64,000 nucleotides of DNA from an uncultured Solibacteraceae bacterium (GTDB taxonomy: Bacteria; Acidobacteriota; Terriglobia; Bryobacterales; Bryobacteraceae). The notes under the pieces were generated by a model. The model was not told the origin of the DNA. It saw only the letters and a program-made list of their open reading frames with translations, and did no database searches. The position numbers and the translations under genes are program-made. Positions 36,592-48,075 of the stretch are shown piece after piece (the first letter of the stretch is position 1; the number at the start of each line of letters is the position of its first letter). The stretch covers positions 25,943 through 89,942 of the forward strand of contig CAYLLB010000014.1 in the NCBI GenBank assembly GCA_964384215.1, given 5' to 3'.

Positions 36592-38091
36592 CTACTTGGT
36601 GGGTCTGCCCGCGGTCCAAAGGATCGCGTTTCGCACCAGCCGCCTGTAGCCCGGGTTGGTGTGCACCAGGTGATCGTGGCCCATCATGGTCGCAAACACC
36701 CTGGACTTCTCGTAGGCGCTCACCCACGCCATGGGTCCTTCGGCGTACGGGTGTTCTGTTTTCATGAGGATGGTGTTCGCCGGCGAAACCCACACCTGTT
36801 TGTAGGTCTCTTCGATCATATGCAGCGGCCCCACCCCCTGGAGAATGGGGTGCGTCCCCACCTGTTGAACGAAGACTTCCTGGTTGAGTTTGTACTGTGA
36901 CCTCGGCTGGTCACCAATCGGCGCAACCAGGTAATGCACGCCGACAACTTCCTTCCACCACCACTCCCAGTTGTTGAAGTCCGCGATGGCGTGGTGCAGT
37001 ACTACCAGGCCCTTGCCGCTCTCTACAAACTCACGCAGCGCCTGTTTCTGTTCCTCGGGGATGTCCTGAATCAGGTCGTACAACACCAGCACGTCGTACT
37101 TCTTGGTCAAGCCTTTGCGCGTGTAAGCAAACGGGTGCGGGTCCACGGTCACGGCCATCTCCGGATAACCTTCAAACAGGCTGTAGAAACTGGGGTCGTG
37201 GGCGTGGCCTCCGGTCACCACCAGGACGCGCACTGCATCTGCGTTGGGCGCCTCCTTCGGCCAGGTGGCAGGCAGCGTGACGTTGCCGGTCGCGGCCCAC
37301 TCCGAGCCCCGGGTGAAGGTCACTTTGAAACCTTCCTCCATCAGCGCCATCAGGTCGTGGCCCAAAGCGGTGTGGAAGACGCGCCCCCTGCCGTAATCCA
37401 CCGTCCAGAGAATAGGCTCGTCCTTGCCGCTGCCGTTCATCTCCTTCGCGTTGAAGGCCGTGCCGATGACCTTTGCTCCTGGGCGCATCTGAAATCCGAA
37501 ATACAACTCGTCGTTGGCGTAAAAGCCTTCCTCGAGTCCGCGCCCGATCGGGTGATCCGGCACGGTGAACTTCACTTTGAAGATGTGCCGCTTCCCGTGT
37601 CCCGTGCGAGGCGGGCCGGGCGTCCATACGGCGCCTACCATGTCGCCGTATTCGGTCCATGGCGGTTCCGTGAAGCCCGCACTGGTCATGTGGTCGCCCA
37701 GCACCGGCATGACGCCGAAGCTGTAGTCAGCCGCGTGCACGATCACGAGTCCCTTGCCGCCTCTAACGAAATCCACCAGCGCCTTTTCGGCCGTCTCACC
37801 CCAGCGCGGACCGCAGTAATCCGACACCACCACGTCATAGGCGGCCAGCGTTGCCGGGGTCATGCCGGTAGGCTCCTCAGTGACCCGCACGTCGAAACGG
37901 CCGCTGTCCACCAGCAGCTTGCGCAAGTACGGCGTCGTAATCCGCCACTCATGGTTATTCCGGCCCGAAAGTATCAACGCCCGGATCTTCCCCGGCTGGA
38001 ACAAGCGCGCGTTGTTCTGCGCCGGCAGGGCGACGCTGCCCGCAGCCAGCAAGGCTGCGAGCGCCATCATGGTACGCATTTGGAGGTGCAT
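36592..38091 (-). CDS. Secreted protein with two tandem ThuA-like (trehalose-utilisation, class-I glutamine-amidotransferase-like) domains
   Basis: Signal peptide. First half IRALILSGRNNHEWRITTPYL...GRVFHTALGHD. Second half VRVLVVTGGHAHDPSF...SRVFATMMGHD. Each half resembles a complete ThuA domain. Confidence 0.75.
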   Translation of the reverse strand: MHLQMRTMMALAALLAAGSVALPAQNNARLFQPGKIRALILSGRNNHEWRITTPYLRKLLVDSGRFDVRVTEEPTGMTPATLAAYDVVVSDYCGPRWGETAEKALVDFVRGGKGLVIVHAADYSFGVMPVLGDHMTSAGFTEPPWTEYGDMVGAVWTPGPPRTGHGKRHIFKVKFTVPDHPIGRGLEEGFYANDELYFGFQMRPGAKVIGTAFNAKEMNGSGKDEPILWTVDYGRGRVFHTALGHDLMALMEEGFKVTFTRGSEWAATGNVTLPATWPKEAPNADAVRVLVVTGGHAHDPSFYSLFEGYPEMAVTVDPHPFAYTRKGLTKKYDVLVLYDLIQDIPEEQKQALREFVESGKGLVVLHHAIADFNNWEWWWKEVVGVHYLVAPIGDQPRSQYKLNQEVFVQQVGTHPILQGVGPLHMIEETYKQVWVSPANTILMKTEHPYAEGPMAWVSAYEKSRVFATMMGHDHLVHTNPGYRRLVRNAILWTAGRPTK

Positions 38092-38106
38092 CCCAAACTC
38101 CTGTGA

Positions 38107-38934
38107 CTATCCGTTGATCAGCTTGGTCAGGTGCGCGAGGCTGCGCTCGGCCTGGGCCGGCGTTCCGCACTCGACGCTCAACACACCGTCGAAGCCGATG
38201 TCCTTCAGGATGCCGATCACCTTGGCCCAATCGACGACACCGTCGCCGCATGCGCATCCCACGGGCGTCCCAGTGACCACGCCGCGCTCCTTGTCCGACT
38301 GCTGGATGCTGATGTCCTTGGCGTGCATGTGAACCAGCAGCTTGCCAACCGTCTTCAGTCCTTGGTACGGATCGGCGCCACCCAGCCAGGCATTGCCCGT
38401 GTCGTAGTTGACGCGTAGCATGGGCGACTTTACCAGCGTCGCGATGCGCATCAATCCCTCGGTGGTCTTGGTGATGATCTGGTGCGGCTCGATGCCGATG
38501 GAGATCCCATAGCGCTCCGCGATCATGCACACGCGCGTCAGCGTGTACTTCATTACATCGAAGACTTCTTCCATGGGCACCCAGGATGGTTTGATGCCTT
38601 CGTCGCTGGTGAGTACCGGGGCGCCCACCACCTTGGCGAAGCGGATGGCCTGCTCCATGTATGGAATCGCAATCTCCGGCCGCATCAGCGGGGCGTGCGA
38701 GCTGAGCGCGGATGGCTTGATTCCGTGCTGATCCAGGATGTCTTTCATCTCGTACGGATCGTTCTGCATGGAGAACGAATGGTAGTAACCGCCCCCGCTG
38801 AGCAATTCATAACCGCTGTGCACCAGCGGTTCGCACCACTTATAGCCGATCTCGGCGGCTCGCGCCACGCCTTCGGCAAACGACTTATCCTCGCAACGGA
38901 TGTACTCCATGTTTACGCCGACTTGGATCGCCAT
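38107..38934 (-). CDS. Sugar phosphate isomerase/epimerase (xylose-isomerase-like TIM barrel), paralogue of 7771..8601
   Basis: VHMHAKDISIQQSDKERGVVTGTPVGCACGDGVVDWAKV...VLSVECGTPAQAERSLAHL aligns residue by residue with the 7771..8601 product. Confidence 0.8.
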   Translation of the reverse strand: MAIQVGVNMEYIRCEDKSFAEGVARAAEIGYKWCEPLVHSGYELLSGGGYYHSFSMQNDPYEMKDILDQHGIKPSALSSHAPLMRPEIAIPYMEQAIRFAKVVGAPVLTSDEGIKPSWVPMEEVFDVMKYTLTRVCMIAERYGISIGIEPHQIITKTTEGLMRIATLVKSPMLRVNYDTGNAWLGGADPYQGLKTVGKLLVHMHAKDISIQQSDKERGVVTGTPVGCACGDGVVDWAKVIGILKDIGFDGVLSVECGTPAQAERSLAHLTKLING

Positions 38935-39031
38935 GGTTCTTCTACCTCTCTAAAGGTTTGGTAAGATGCCTCATCCATGATAATCGCAGGGTGGTACCCT
39001 TAGGGACGCCGGCTTGCGAGGGGGGAGATAC

Positions 39032-39481
39032 ATGCTACGAATCCTACTGTTGATGGTTTTGGGAACCCTGGTCGTCAGTGCCGCGGCGAAGGACGAACTT
39101 CTCGAAGCCGACCGCGAGTTCGGAAAAGCCGTGGCCGCGCGCGGAATAGACGGCTGGGTGGAGTGCTTTGCCGAGGACGGCAAGATGTTCCCGGCCGGCG
39201 GGGAGGTCGTCGAAGGCAAGAAGGCCGTCCGCGAGTTGATGGCGGCGCGTTTTGCGCAACCGGGTTTTTCGCTGCACTGGACACCGCTGGGCGCGGAACT
39301 CGCGCGCTCGGGCGATTTCGGCTACACCTATGGCATGTCCGAATCGCGCTTCACCGGTAAGGACGGAAAGCTAATCGTCGCCACGGGCAAGTACATCACG
39401 GTCTGGAGAAAAGAGAAAAACGGCGCCTGGAAGGTTATCGCCGACATCGGCAACGCCACGCCGCGCAAGCCGTCGAATTAA
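39032..39481 (+). CDS. Secreted NTF2/SnoaL-like protein (DUF4440-type)
   Basis: ATG at 39032 after a GGGGGAGA ribosome-binding site. Signal peptide MLRILLLMVLGTLVVSAAA. ...GKYITVWRKEKNGAWKVIADIGN is typical of DUF4440. Confidence 0.65.
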   Translation: MLRILLLMVLGTLVVSAAAKDELLEADREFGKAVAARGIDGWVECFAEDGKMFPAGGEVVEGKKAVRELMAARFAQPGFSLHWTPLGAELARSGDFGYTYGMSESRFTGKDGKLIVATGKYITVWRKEKNGAWKVIADIGNATPRKPSN

Positions 39482-40107
39482 CGCGCCGCAATTCTCTCCC
39501 GCAGTTCGGCCAGGATCGCCGCGGTGGAGTCCTCGATGGACAGTTCTCCGCTCACCACCACATCCGCGAAGCGCTCGGTGGGCCAGATGTACGTTTCGGC
39601 ACTCGGACGCACGGTCTTTTCATATTGCTCGCGCACGCTTTCAGGTGTTCGCCCGCGCTCGGCTACGTCCCGCGCCAGACGCCTCTTAAAACAAGTGCCG
39701 GGCGTCGTCTTCACGAAGACCTTCGTATCCAGGGCCCCTCGCACCTCTTCCCAATAGAGCGTGAACAGGCCTTCCACGATCACGAATTCACGAGGTTCGA
39801 CGCGGCGGCCCCCCGGCGCGCGCGTGTGGCGCGTGAAATCGTAGATCGGCTCCTCGATCGCCTCCCCGGCACGCAGCCGTCTCAACTGATCAAAGAGTAA
39901 CTCCCATTCCAGGGCGTCCGGCAAGTCGAAATTCGATTTCCGCCGCTCTTCCAGCGGCAGATCGTCCATTGGCCGGTAGTAGCTGTCCAGAGTCATGACG
40001 GAGGCGCCGCCCAGTTGTTGGGCCAAACGGTTGGCCAGCTCCGATTTTCCTGCTCCGGAAGGTCCGGCAATACCTATGATGTGGGGCTTCACTTGATAAA
40101 CCGCCAT
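39478..40107 (-). CDS. udk: Uridine kinase
   Basis: P-loop IIGIAGPSGAGKS, DSYY motif, 209 aa. Confidence 0.85.
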   Translation of the reverse strand: MAVYQVKPHIIGIAGPSGAGKSELANRLAQQLGGASVMTLDSYYRPMDDLPLEERRKSNFDLPDALEWELLFDQLRRLRAGEAIEEPIYDFTRHTRAPGGRRVEPREFVIVEGLFTLYWEEVRGALDTKVFVKTTPGTCFKRRLARDVAERGRTPESVREQYEKTVRPSAETYIWPTERFADVVVSGELSIEDSTAAILAELRERIAAR

Positions 40108-40171
40108 TGTCGCACAGGGCCGCGCATATGACCTTGCGGCCGTGCCGGTGTCTGTACACTGAAGAAGACCT

Positions 40172-41479
40172 ATGAAAGGCCTCGAACTCTACCATAAAGC
40201 GCGAACCCGGATCCCGGGCGCCACGCAACTTCTCTCTAAGCGCGCGGAACTGCACGCCCCGGAGCAGTGGCCGCCCTACTATGCGCGTGCCAAGGGAGCG
40301 GAGGTCTGGGACCTGGATGGCCGCAAGTTCGTCGATATGTCGTACGCGGGCATCGGCTCCTGCATTCTAGGTTATGCGGACGCGGATGTCGACGACGCCG
40401 TCCGCGCGGCGATCGATGCGGGCTCGATGTGCACGCTCAATGCGCCCGAGGAAGTCGAACTGGCCGATCTGCTCTGCGAGTTGCATCCCTGGGGCGACAT
40501 GGTGCGTTACGCCCGATGCGGGGGCGAGGCCATGGCCGTGGCGGTGCGCATCGCGCGAGCGCGGTCGGGCAGGGGAAAGGTCGCCTTCTGCGGGTACCAC
40601 GGATGGCACGATTGGTATCTGGCCGCGAATCTCCCCCAAGGAGACGCGTTGGATGGGCACTTGCTTCCGGGCCTGGCCCCGGCCGGCGTCCCGGCGTCTC
40701 TCAGCGGCACGGCATTGCCGTTCCATTACAACCGGCTCGACGAACTCGAACGGATCGTTGCGGCAAATCGCGGGGAACTCGCCGCCATCGTGATGGAGCC
40801 GGTCCGGAGCACCGAGCCGCTCGCCGGCTTCCTGGAGTCGGTGCGCGCCCTGGCAGATGACACAGGGGCCGTCCTGGTCTTCGACGAGGTGACGGCCGCC
40901 TTCCGGGCGACGACCGGCGGCATCCACCTGCGCTACGGCGTCGCTCCGGACATCGCTGTTTTCGCCAAGGCGATTTCGAACGGCTATCCCATGGCCGCCA
41001 TCATCGGCCGCGGCGATGTTATGAGCGCGGCCGAAGGCAGCTTCATCAGCAGCACATATTGGACCGAGAGGATCGGCCCTACCGCCGCGCTCGCGACTAT
41101 CCGCAAACACCGTGAGCGCGACGTGGTGCGGCATCTTGAAGAAATGGGCCGCTTTGTGCAGGAAGGCTGGCGCTCGGCTGCCGAACGCGCGGGACTGCCT
41201 GTCACTGTGTCGGGTATGCCGGCACTCTCGCACTTCAGCATCAACCTGGCGAACGCTCAAGCTGTGCGCACGCTTTTCACGCAGATGATGCTGGATCGCG
41301 GTTTCCTGGCCACCAACGCGTTCTACGCGATGTACGCGCACTCGACTGTCCAGGTGGGACAGTATCTGGCCGCGGTTCAAGAGGTGTTCCGCGAGTTGGC
41401 CGCCGCCATCGAGCGCAACGAGGTTGAGCGGTTGCTACGCGGCCCCGTGGCGCACGCTGGATTCTACCGGCTGACTTGA
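40172..41479 (+). CDS. Class-III (PLP-dependent) aminotransferase, glutamate-1-semialdehyde aminomutase-like
   Basis: VLVFDEVTAAFRATTGG and AVFAKAISNGYPMAA (PLP lysine context), 435 aa. Confidence 0.8.
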   Translation: MKGLELYHKARTRIPGATQLLSKRAELHAPEQWPPYYARAKGAEVWDLDGRKFVDMSYAGIGSCILGYADADVDDAVRAAIDAGSMCTLNAPEEVELADLLCELHPWGDMVRYARCGGEAMAVAVRIARARSGRGKVAFCGYHGWHDWYLAANLPQGDALDGHLLPGLAPAGVPASLSGTALPFHYNRLDELERIVAANRGELAAIVMEPVRSTEPLAGFLESVRALADDTGAVLVFDEVTAAFRATTGGIHLRYGVAPDIAVFAKAISNGYPMAAIIGRGDVMSAAEGSFISSTYWTERIGPTAALATIRKHRERDVVRHLEEMGRFVQEGWRSAAERAGLPVTVSGMPALSHFSINLANAQAVRTLFTQMMLDRGFLATNAFYAMYAHSTVQVGQYLAAVQEVFRELAAAIERNEVERLLRGPVAHAGFYRLT

Positions 41480-41489
41480 GAGCGTTCGT

Positions 41490-44162
<2,673 letters not shown>

Positions 44163-44328
44163 GGTGAAATACGGGATCTGCTACAAACATAGCTGTAAGA
44201 ATCGTCGAGTGCAAACCAGCCGAAATGATCCCACACTATTAGGATGCCGGGCGCGAAGCGGAAGATGCGCCGGCCGCCAACGTATCCATGATTGTCCCGC
44301 CGCCCGCATTGTTGCGACAATCGTTTCG

Positions 44329-45390
44329 ATGACACCTCGCGAACGTTGGCTCGCCGTACTGGCCGGCGAGAAGCCCGACCGCCAGCCCTGCGACTATTGG
44401 GGAACGGCCGAAGTCACCAGCCGCCTTATGAAGGACCTCGGTTGCGCGGACGAACGCGCGCTGTACGAGCGCCTTCGCGTCGATAAGCTGATTCACCTGG
44501 CTCCCAAGCACCGCTTCGCCACCGAAGACACGTGGCATATGCAGTCGCTTTACAGCATCTGGCACATCAAGACCACCGACATCGCTTACGGCGAAGGCAT
44601 TGGCACTTACACCGAAACCATAGCGCCTCCGCTCGCTACCGCGACCACCGTCGCTGAGATCGACGCTTTCGATTGGCCTGATCCCGCCGATTGGGACACC
44701 GCCGGCTTCGCCGCGCAGTGCGAGCCATGGAAAGGTTATCCGATCCTGGGCGGCTGCTACGAGCAGTTCTATCTCTACTGCCGGTTGCGCGGCATGGAGC
44801 AGGCGCTCGAAGACGTGGTGGCGAACCCCGGCATCGCCGAGGCCATCCTGGATCACATTTTCCAGATCCATTACGAAGTGATTGATCGCACGCTGAAGGC
44901 GGCGCCCGGCTTGGTCGACATTGTTTACGTGGCCGAGGATCTGGGCACCCAGGAGTCCCTGCTGATGAGCCCGCGGTCGTTTCGCCGCCACCTGAAGCCG
45001 CGCATGCTGAAGATGGCAGAGATGGTGCATTCGCACGGCGTCAAGGTGTTTCATCACGATGACGGTGCCATACGCCCGCTGATTCCGGAATTGATCGAAC
45101 TCGGAATCGATATTCTGAATCCCATTCAGTGGCGCTGCCGTGGCATGGAGCGCGAGGGGCTGGCGAGGGATTTCGGGCCCAAATTGGTTTTCCACGGTGG
45201 CGTGGACAACCAGCACACCATGCCGTTCGGCTCCCCCGAAGACGTGCGCCGCGAGGTGGCGGATAACATCCGCATCTTCAGCGCCTGCCGCGGTTACGTC
45301 GTCGCGCCGTGCCACAATCTTCAGGCCAACACGCCGACTGCGAACATCGTGGCGCTGTACGACGCGGTGGAGGAGTTCGGCACGCGATGA
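44329..45390 (+). CDS. Uroporphyrinogen-decarboxylase (URO-D) superfamily protein, MtaA/CmuA-like putative methyltransferase
   Basis: Track ORF 44155..45390 trimmed to the ATG at 44329 (MTPRERWLAVLAGEKPDRQP). The overall pattern (DIVYVAEDLGTQ..., FHHDDGAIRPLIPELIELGIDILNPIQ) is typical of the URO-D fold family. Confidence 0.7.
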   Translation: MTPRERWLAVLAGEKPDRQPCDYWGTAEVTSRLMKDLGCADERALYERLRVDKLIHLAPKHRFATEDTWHMQSLYSIWHIKTTDIAYGEGIGTYTETIAPPLATATTVAEIDAFDWPDPADWDTAGFAAQCEPWKGYPILGGCYEQFYLYCRLRGMEQALEDVVANPGIAEAILDHIFQIHYEVIDRTLKAAPGLVDIVYVAEDLGTQESLLMSPRSFRRHLKPRMLKMAEMVHSHGVKVFHHDDGAIRPLIPELIELGIDILNPIQWRCRGMEREGLARDFGPKLVFHGGVDNQHTMPFGSPEDVRREVADNIRIFSACRGYVVAPCHNLQANTPTANIVALYDAVEEFGTR

Positions 45391-46901
45391 GCGAACTCGT
45401 CCGCGTCGACCTCGAGCCGCTTGGCCGCAGCCTGGAGGTTGAGTCCGGTTCCCCGCTGCAGGACCTGTTGTTCGCCAACGGAGTTGAGTTTCCCTGCGGG
45501 GGCCGCGGCAAGTGCAAGCGCTGCCGGGTGAGAGTTCTCTCGGGGAAGCTGACGCCCACGGAAGAAGAGCGCCAGATTCTCGGCGATGCGGATGTCGAAG
45601 CCGGCTGGCGCCTGGCATGCCGGGCCCGCGTCGAGGGGCCGGTGAAGCTGGACGTGGCGCAGTGGGAAACCACGATCCTGACCGACGAGAGTGTCTTCGA
45701 ATTCACGCCATCGTCCGGACTCGGTGTGGCCGTGGACCTGGGGACCACCACGCTGGTCGCGCAATTGCTTGACCTCGCGACGGGCCGCGTGCTCGCCGTG
45801 CGCACCGCACTAAATCCGCAAGCCGCTTACGGCGCCGACGTCATGAGCCGGGTCGAGTTGGCCGTTGCCGGTGGAGGCGCCGCGAAGCTGCGGGATTTGA
45901 TCCGGGACGAAATCGGCCGCATGGTGGGCGAACTCGCCGAAGGCCACGCGCTCGACCACCGGAAAGTGCGCGACGTGGTCATCGTGGGCAACACCGTCAT
46001 GCACCACCTGTTCTGCGGCCTCCCACTCGATAATCTGGCCCGCGCACCATTCGAAACCGACGGCGATGGACTGGTGTCGTTCAAAGCCCGCGAACTGGCC
46101 TGGCCGCTCCCTGACGGGACCCGAGTGCGCTTCCTGCCATGCCTGGGCAGCTTCGTTGGCAGCGACATCCTGGCTGGCATCGTAGCCACCAAAATGCATC
46201 AGAGCGACCAACTGGTGGCGCTGATCGACCTCGGTACGAACGGCGAAATCGTGGTGGGAGGCCGGGATCGCATGATCTGCGCCTCTACGGCGGCGGGGCC
46301 CGCCTTCGAGGGGGGGCGCATCAGCATGGGCATGCGCGCCGCGACAGGCGCCATTTCCGCGGTTTCTGTAGACGACGGGCGGCTCTCATGCAAGGTGATG
46401 GGAGGCGGCGCGCCGCGCGGTCTGTGCGGCAGCGGGCTGGTGGATGCCGTCGCGGCCGGCCTTGAACTCGGCGCGATCTCCGCGCGGGGACGGATCAAAC
46501 ACGGTAAATCATGGGAGATCCTTAGTCCCGTCAGGCTGACGCAAAACGACGTTCGCGAACTGCAGCTTGCCAAGGGGGCTATCGCCGCTGGCGTGCGGAT
46601 CCTGCTGGCGCGGTTGGGCGCGGCGCCGTCCGATGTCACGCGGGTGTACCTGGCCGGGGCGTTCGGCAATTACGTCAGCCGCGCGAGCGCCCGCCGCATA
46701 GGGTTACTCGACTTCCCGCTGGACCGGATCGAACCGGCCGGAAACACCGCCCTGCTGGGAGCCAAGCTCGCCCTCTTCAGCGCCGACCTTGGAGAGGAAC
46801 TGCACTCCCGAGTGCGAAGCACAACCGAACACCTCTCCCTGGCGGCGGATCCGGCCTTTCAGGACACCTACGTCGACGAAATGCTGTTCCCGGCGGCCTG
46901 A
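45387..46901 (+). CDS. Corrinoid reductive-activase-like protein (N-terminal [2Fe-2S] ferredoxin plus ASKHA/DUF4445 ATPase domain; RACE/AcsV-type)
   Basis: Track ORF 45309..46901 trimmed to the ATG at 45387, which overlaps the upstream stop (ATGA). CGGRGKCKRCRV...C 2Fe-2S motif, then GVAVDLGTTTLVAQL and IDLGTNGEIVVG actin-fold phosphate loops. Confidence 0.75.
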   Translation: MSELVRVDLEPLGRSLEVESGSPLQDLLFANGVEFPCGGRGKCKRCRVRVLSGKLTPTEEERQILGDADVEAGWRLACRARVEGPVKLDVAQWETTILTDESVFEFTPSSGLGVAVDLGTTTLVAQLLDLATGRVLAVRTALNPQAAYGADVMSRVELAVAGGGAAKLRDLIRDEIGRMVGELAEGHALDHRKVRDVVIVGNTVMHHLFCGLPLDNLARAPFETDGDGLVSFKARELAWPLPDGTRVRFLPCLGSFVGSDILAGIVATKMHQSDQLVALIDLGTNGEIVVGGRDRMICASTAAGPAFEGGRISMGMRAATGAISAVSVDDGRLSCKVMGGGAPRGLCGSGLVDAVAAGLELGAISARGRIKHGKSWEILSPVRLTQNDVRELQLAKGAIAAGVRILLARLGAAPSDVTRVYLAGAFGNYVSRASARRIGLLDFPLDRIEPAGNTALLGAKLALFSADLGEELHSRVRSTTEHLSLAADPAFQDTYVDEMLFPAA

Positions 46902-48061
46902 TCCGGCGCCGGCGGATCGCCCATGACCCGTGCGAGGAACTCCGGTATTTCGAACACGGCGCGATTCTCTATGCGTGCGGCGTTGGCGCGGCGCCGCTCA
47001 AGGCGCTCCGGTTCGAGAAATTCGCGCACCACTGCGTCGATGTGCCGGAAGTTGCGCACGACCTCGCCTACGCCGGTCTCGCGGATCCACACGGCGTTGT
47101 AGCGCTCCTGCGGCAGGGTCCAGGCGTTGCTCTCCACGATCACCGGGAGCTTCATCGCCAGCGCCTCGCTGACGCTTCCTGGGCCGGGCTTCCCGATCAG
47201 AAAGTCCGCCAGTTGCATGAAACGCGGCACTTCCTTGGTGAAGCCCTCGATGTGGACCGGGATCCGCCAGCGGGCAGCGCGCAGCCGTGCCGTCAGCTTC
47301 GCGTTGCGCCCGCAGATCAGGATGAGTTGCAGGTCGAGGCCGCTCGAGTCGAGCTTACGGGCGATCTTCTCGATTACACCCGAACCCTGTCCTCCGAACA
47401 GCACAATTGCCGTCGTTCGGCCCGGGTCAAGCCCCAGGCGCACGCGCTCCGCGGCCCGATCCCATGCGGCGGGCTCATAGAAGCGCGAGTTGAGGATCAT
47501 GCCCGAGGCGCGGAAGATTTTCTCCGGCCGGATACCCATCGAGCGCGCCTGCTCCACAGCCCTGTCCGTGCCACAGACGACGTATTGATCCTGCGGCTCC
47601 AGCCAGAAGTGCGGCGGGTAGTCGGCCAGGTCGGTGAGTACCGTGACCATGGGCGTCCCCGGTAATACATTGTGGAGGCTCTCAAAGATGGCCCGGTTGA
47701 AATTCGGGATCAGGGAGACCGCCAGGTCCGGCCGGCTGCGCCTCCAGTGTTCTTCAATGAGGCGGACCTGCTTCGAGTGGTAGAGCCGGATCATCAGGTG
47801 CATCCCGCGCGTGAGTTGCGGCGAGCCCAGCGTCCACCCCTTCTTCAGCATGAGGTTGTAGACGTCCTCCAGCCGCAATCCTGTGATCTTGCGGAACACG
47901 TCCAGCGGATCCAGCATCTCCTGCAGGTTCACCAGCCGGATCTCCCAGGGCCGGCCCTGGCGCGTGATCACCTCTCGCAGGGCGTTGGCCGCGCTGCGAT
48001 GGCCGCCGCCTGCGTCGAAGAAGAAGAAGTCGATCTTTCGTGCCGCTGCCGGTTGGCTCAT
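46868..48061 (-). CDS. GT-B glycosyltransferase, MGDG-synthase/diacylglycerol glycosyltransferase-like
   Basis: Track ORF trimmed to the ATG at 48061 (MSQPAAARKIDFFFFDAGGGHRSAANAL), the typical N-terminus of the MGDG_synth family. C-terminal GT1 domain (KPGPGSVSEALAMKLPVIV). Confidence 0.75.
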   Translation of the reverse strand: MSQPAAARKIDFFFFDAGGGHRSAANALREVITRQGRPWEIRLVNLQEMLDPLDVFRKITGLRLEDVYNLMLKKGWTLGSPQLTRGMHLMIRLYHSKQVRLIEEHWRRSRPDLAVSLIPNFNRAIFESLHNVLPGTPMVTVLTDLADYPPHFWLEPQDQYVVCGTDRAVEQARSMGIRPEKIFRASGMILNSRFYEPAAWDRAAERVRLGLDPGRTTAIVLFGGQGSGVIEKIARKLDSSGLDLQLILICGRNAKLTARLRAARWRIPVHIEGFTKEVPRFMQLADFLIGKPGPGSVSEALAMKLPVIVESNAWTLPQERYNAVWIRETGVGEVVRNFRHIDAVVREFLEPERLERRRANAARIENRAVFEIPEFLARVMGDPPAPDQAAGNSISST

Positions 48062-48075
48062 CCGATGGACTCTTT

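Noticed and set aside
44163-44328. Possible cobalamin riboswitch upstream of the URO-D-like/corrinoid-activase pair.
   Set aside because: The gap is only 166 nt and is shared with the divergent aceE promoter. I found no B12-box-like motif, only an imperfect hairpin (44246..44274). A covariance-model scan would settle it.
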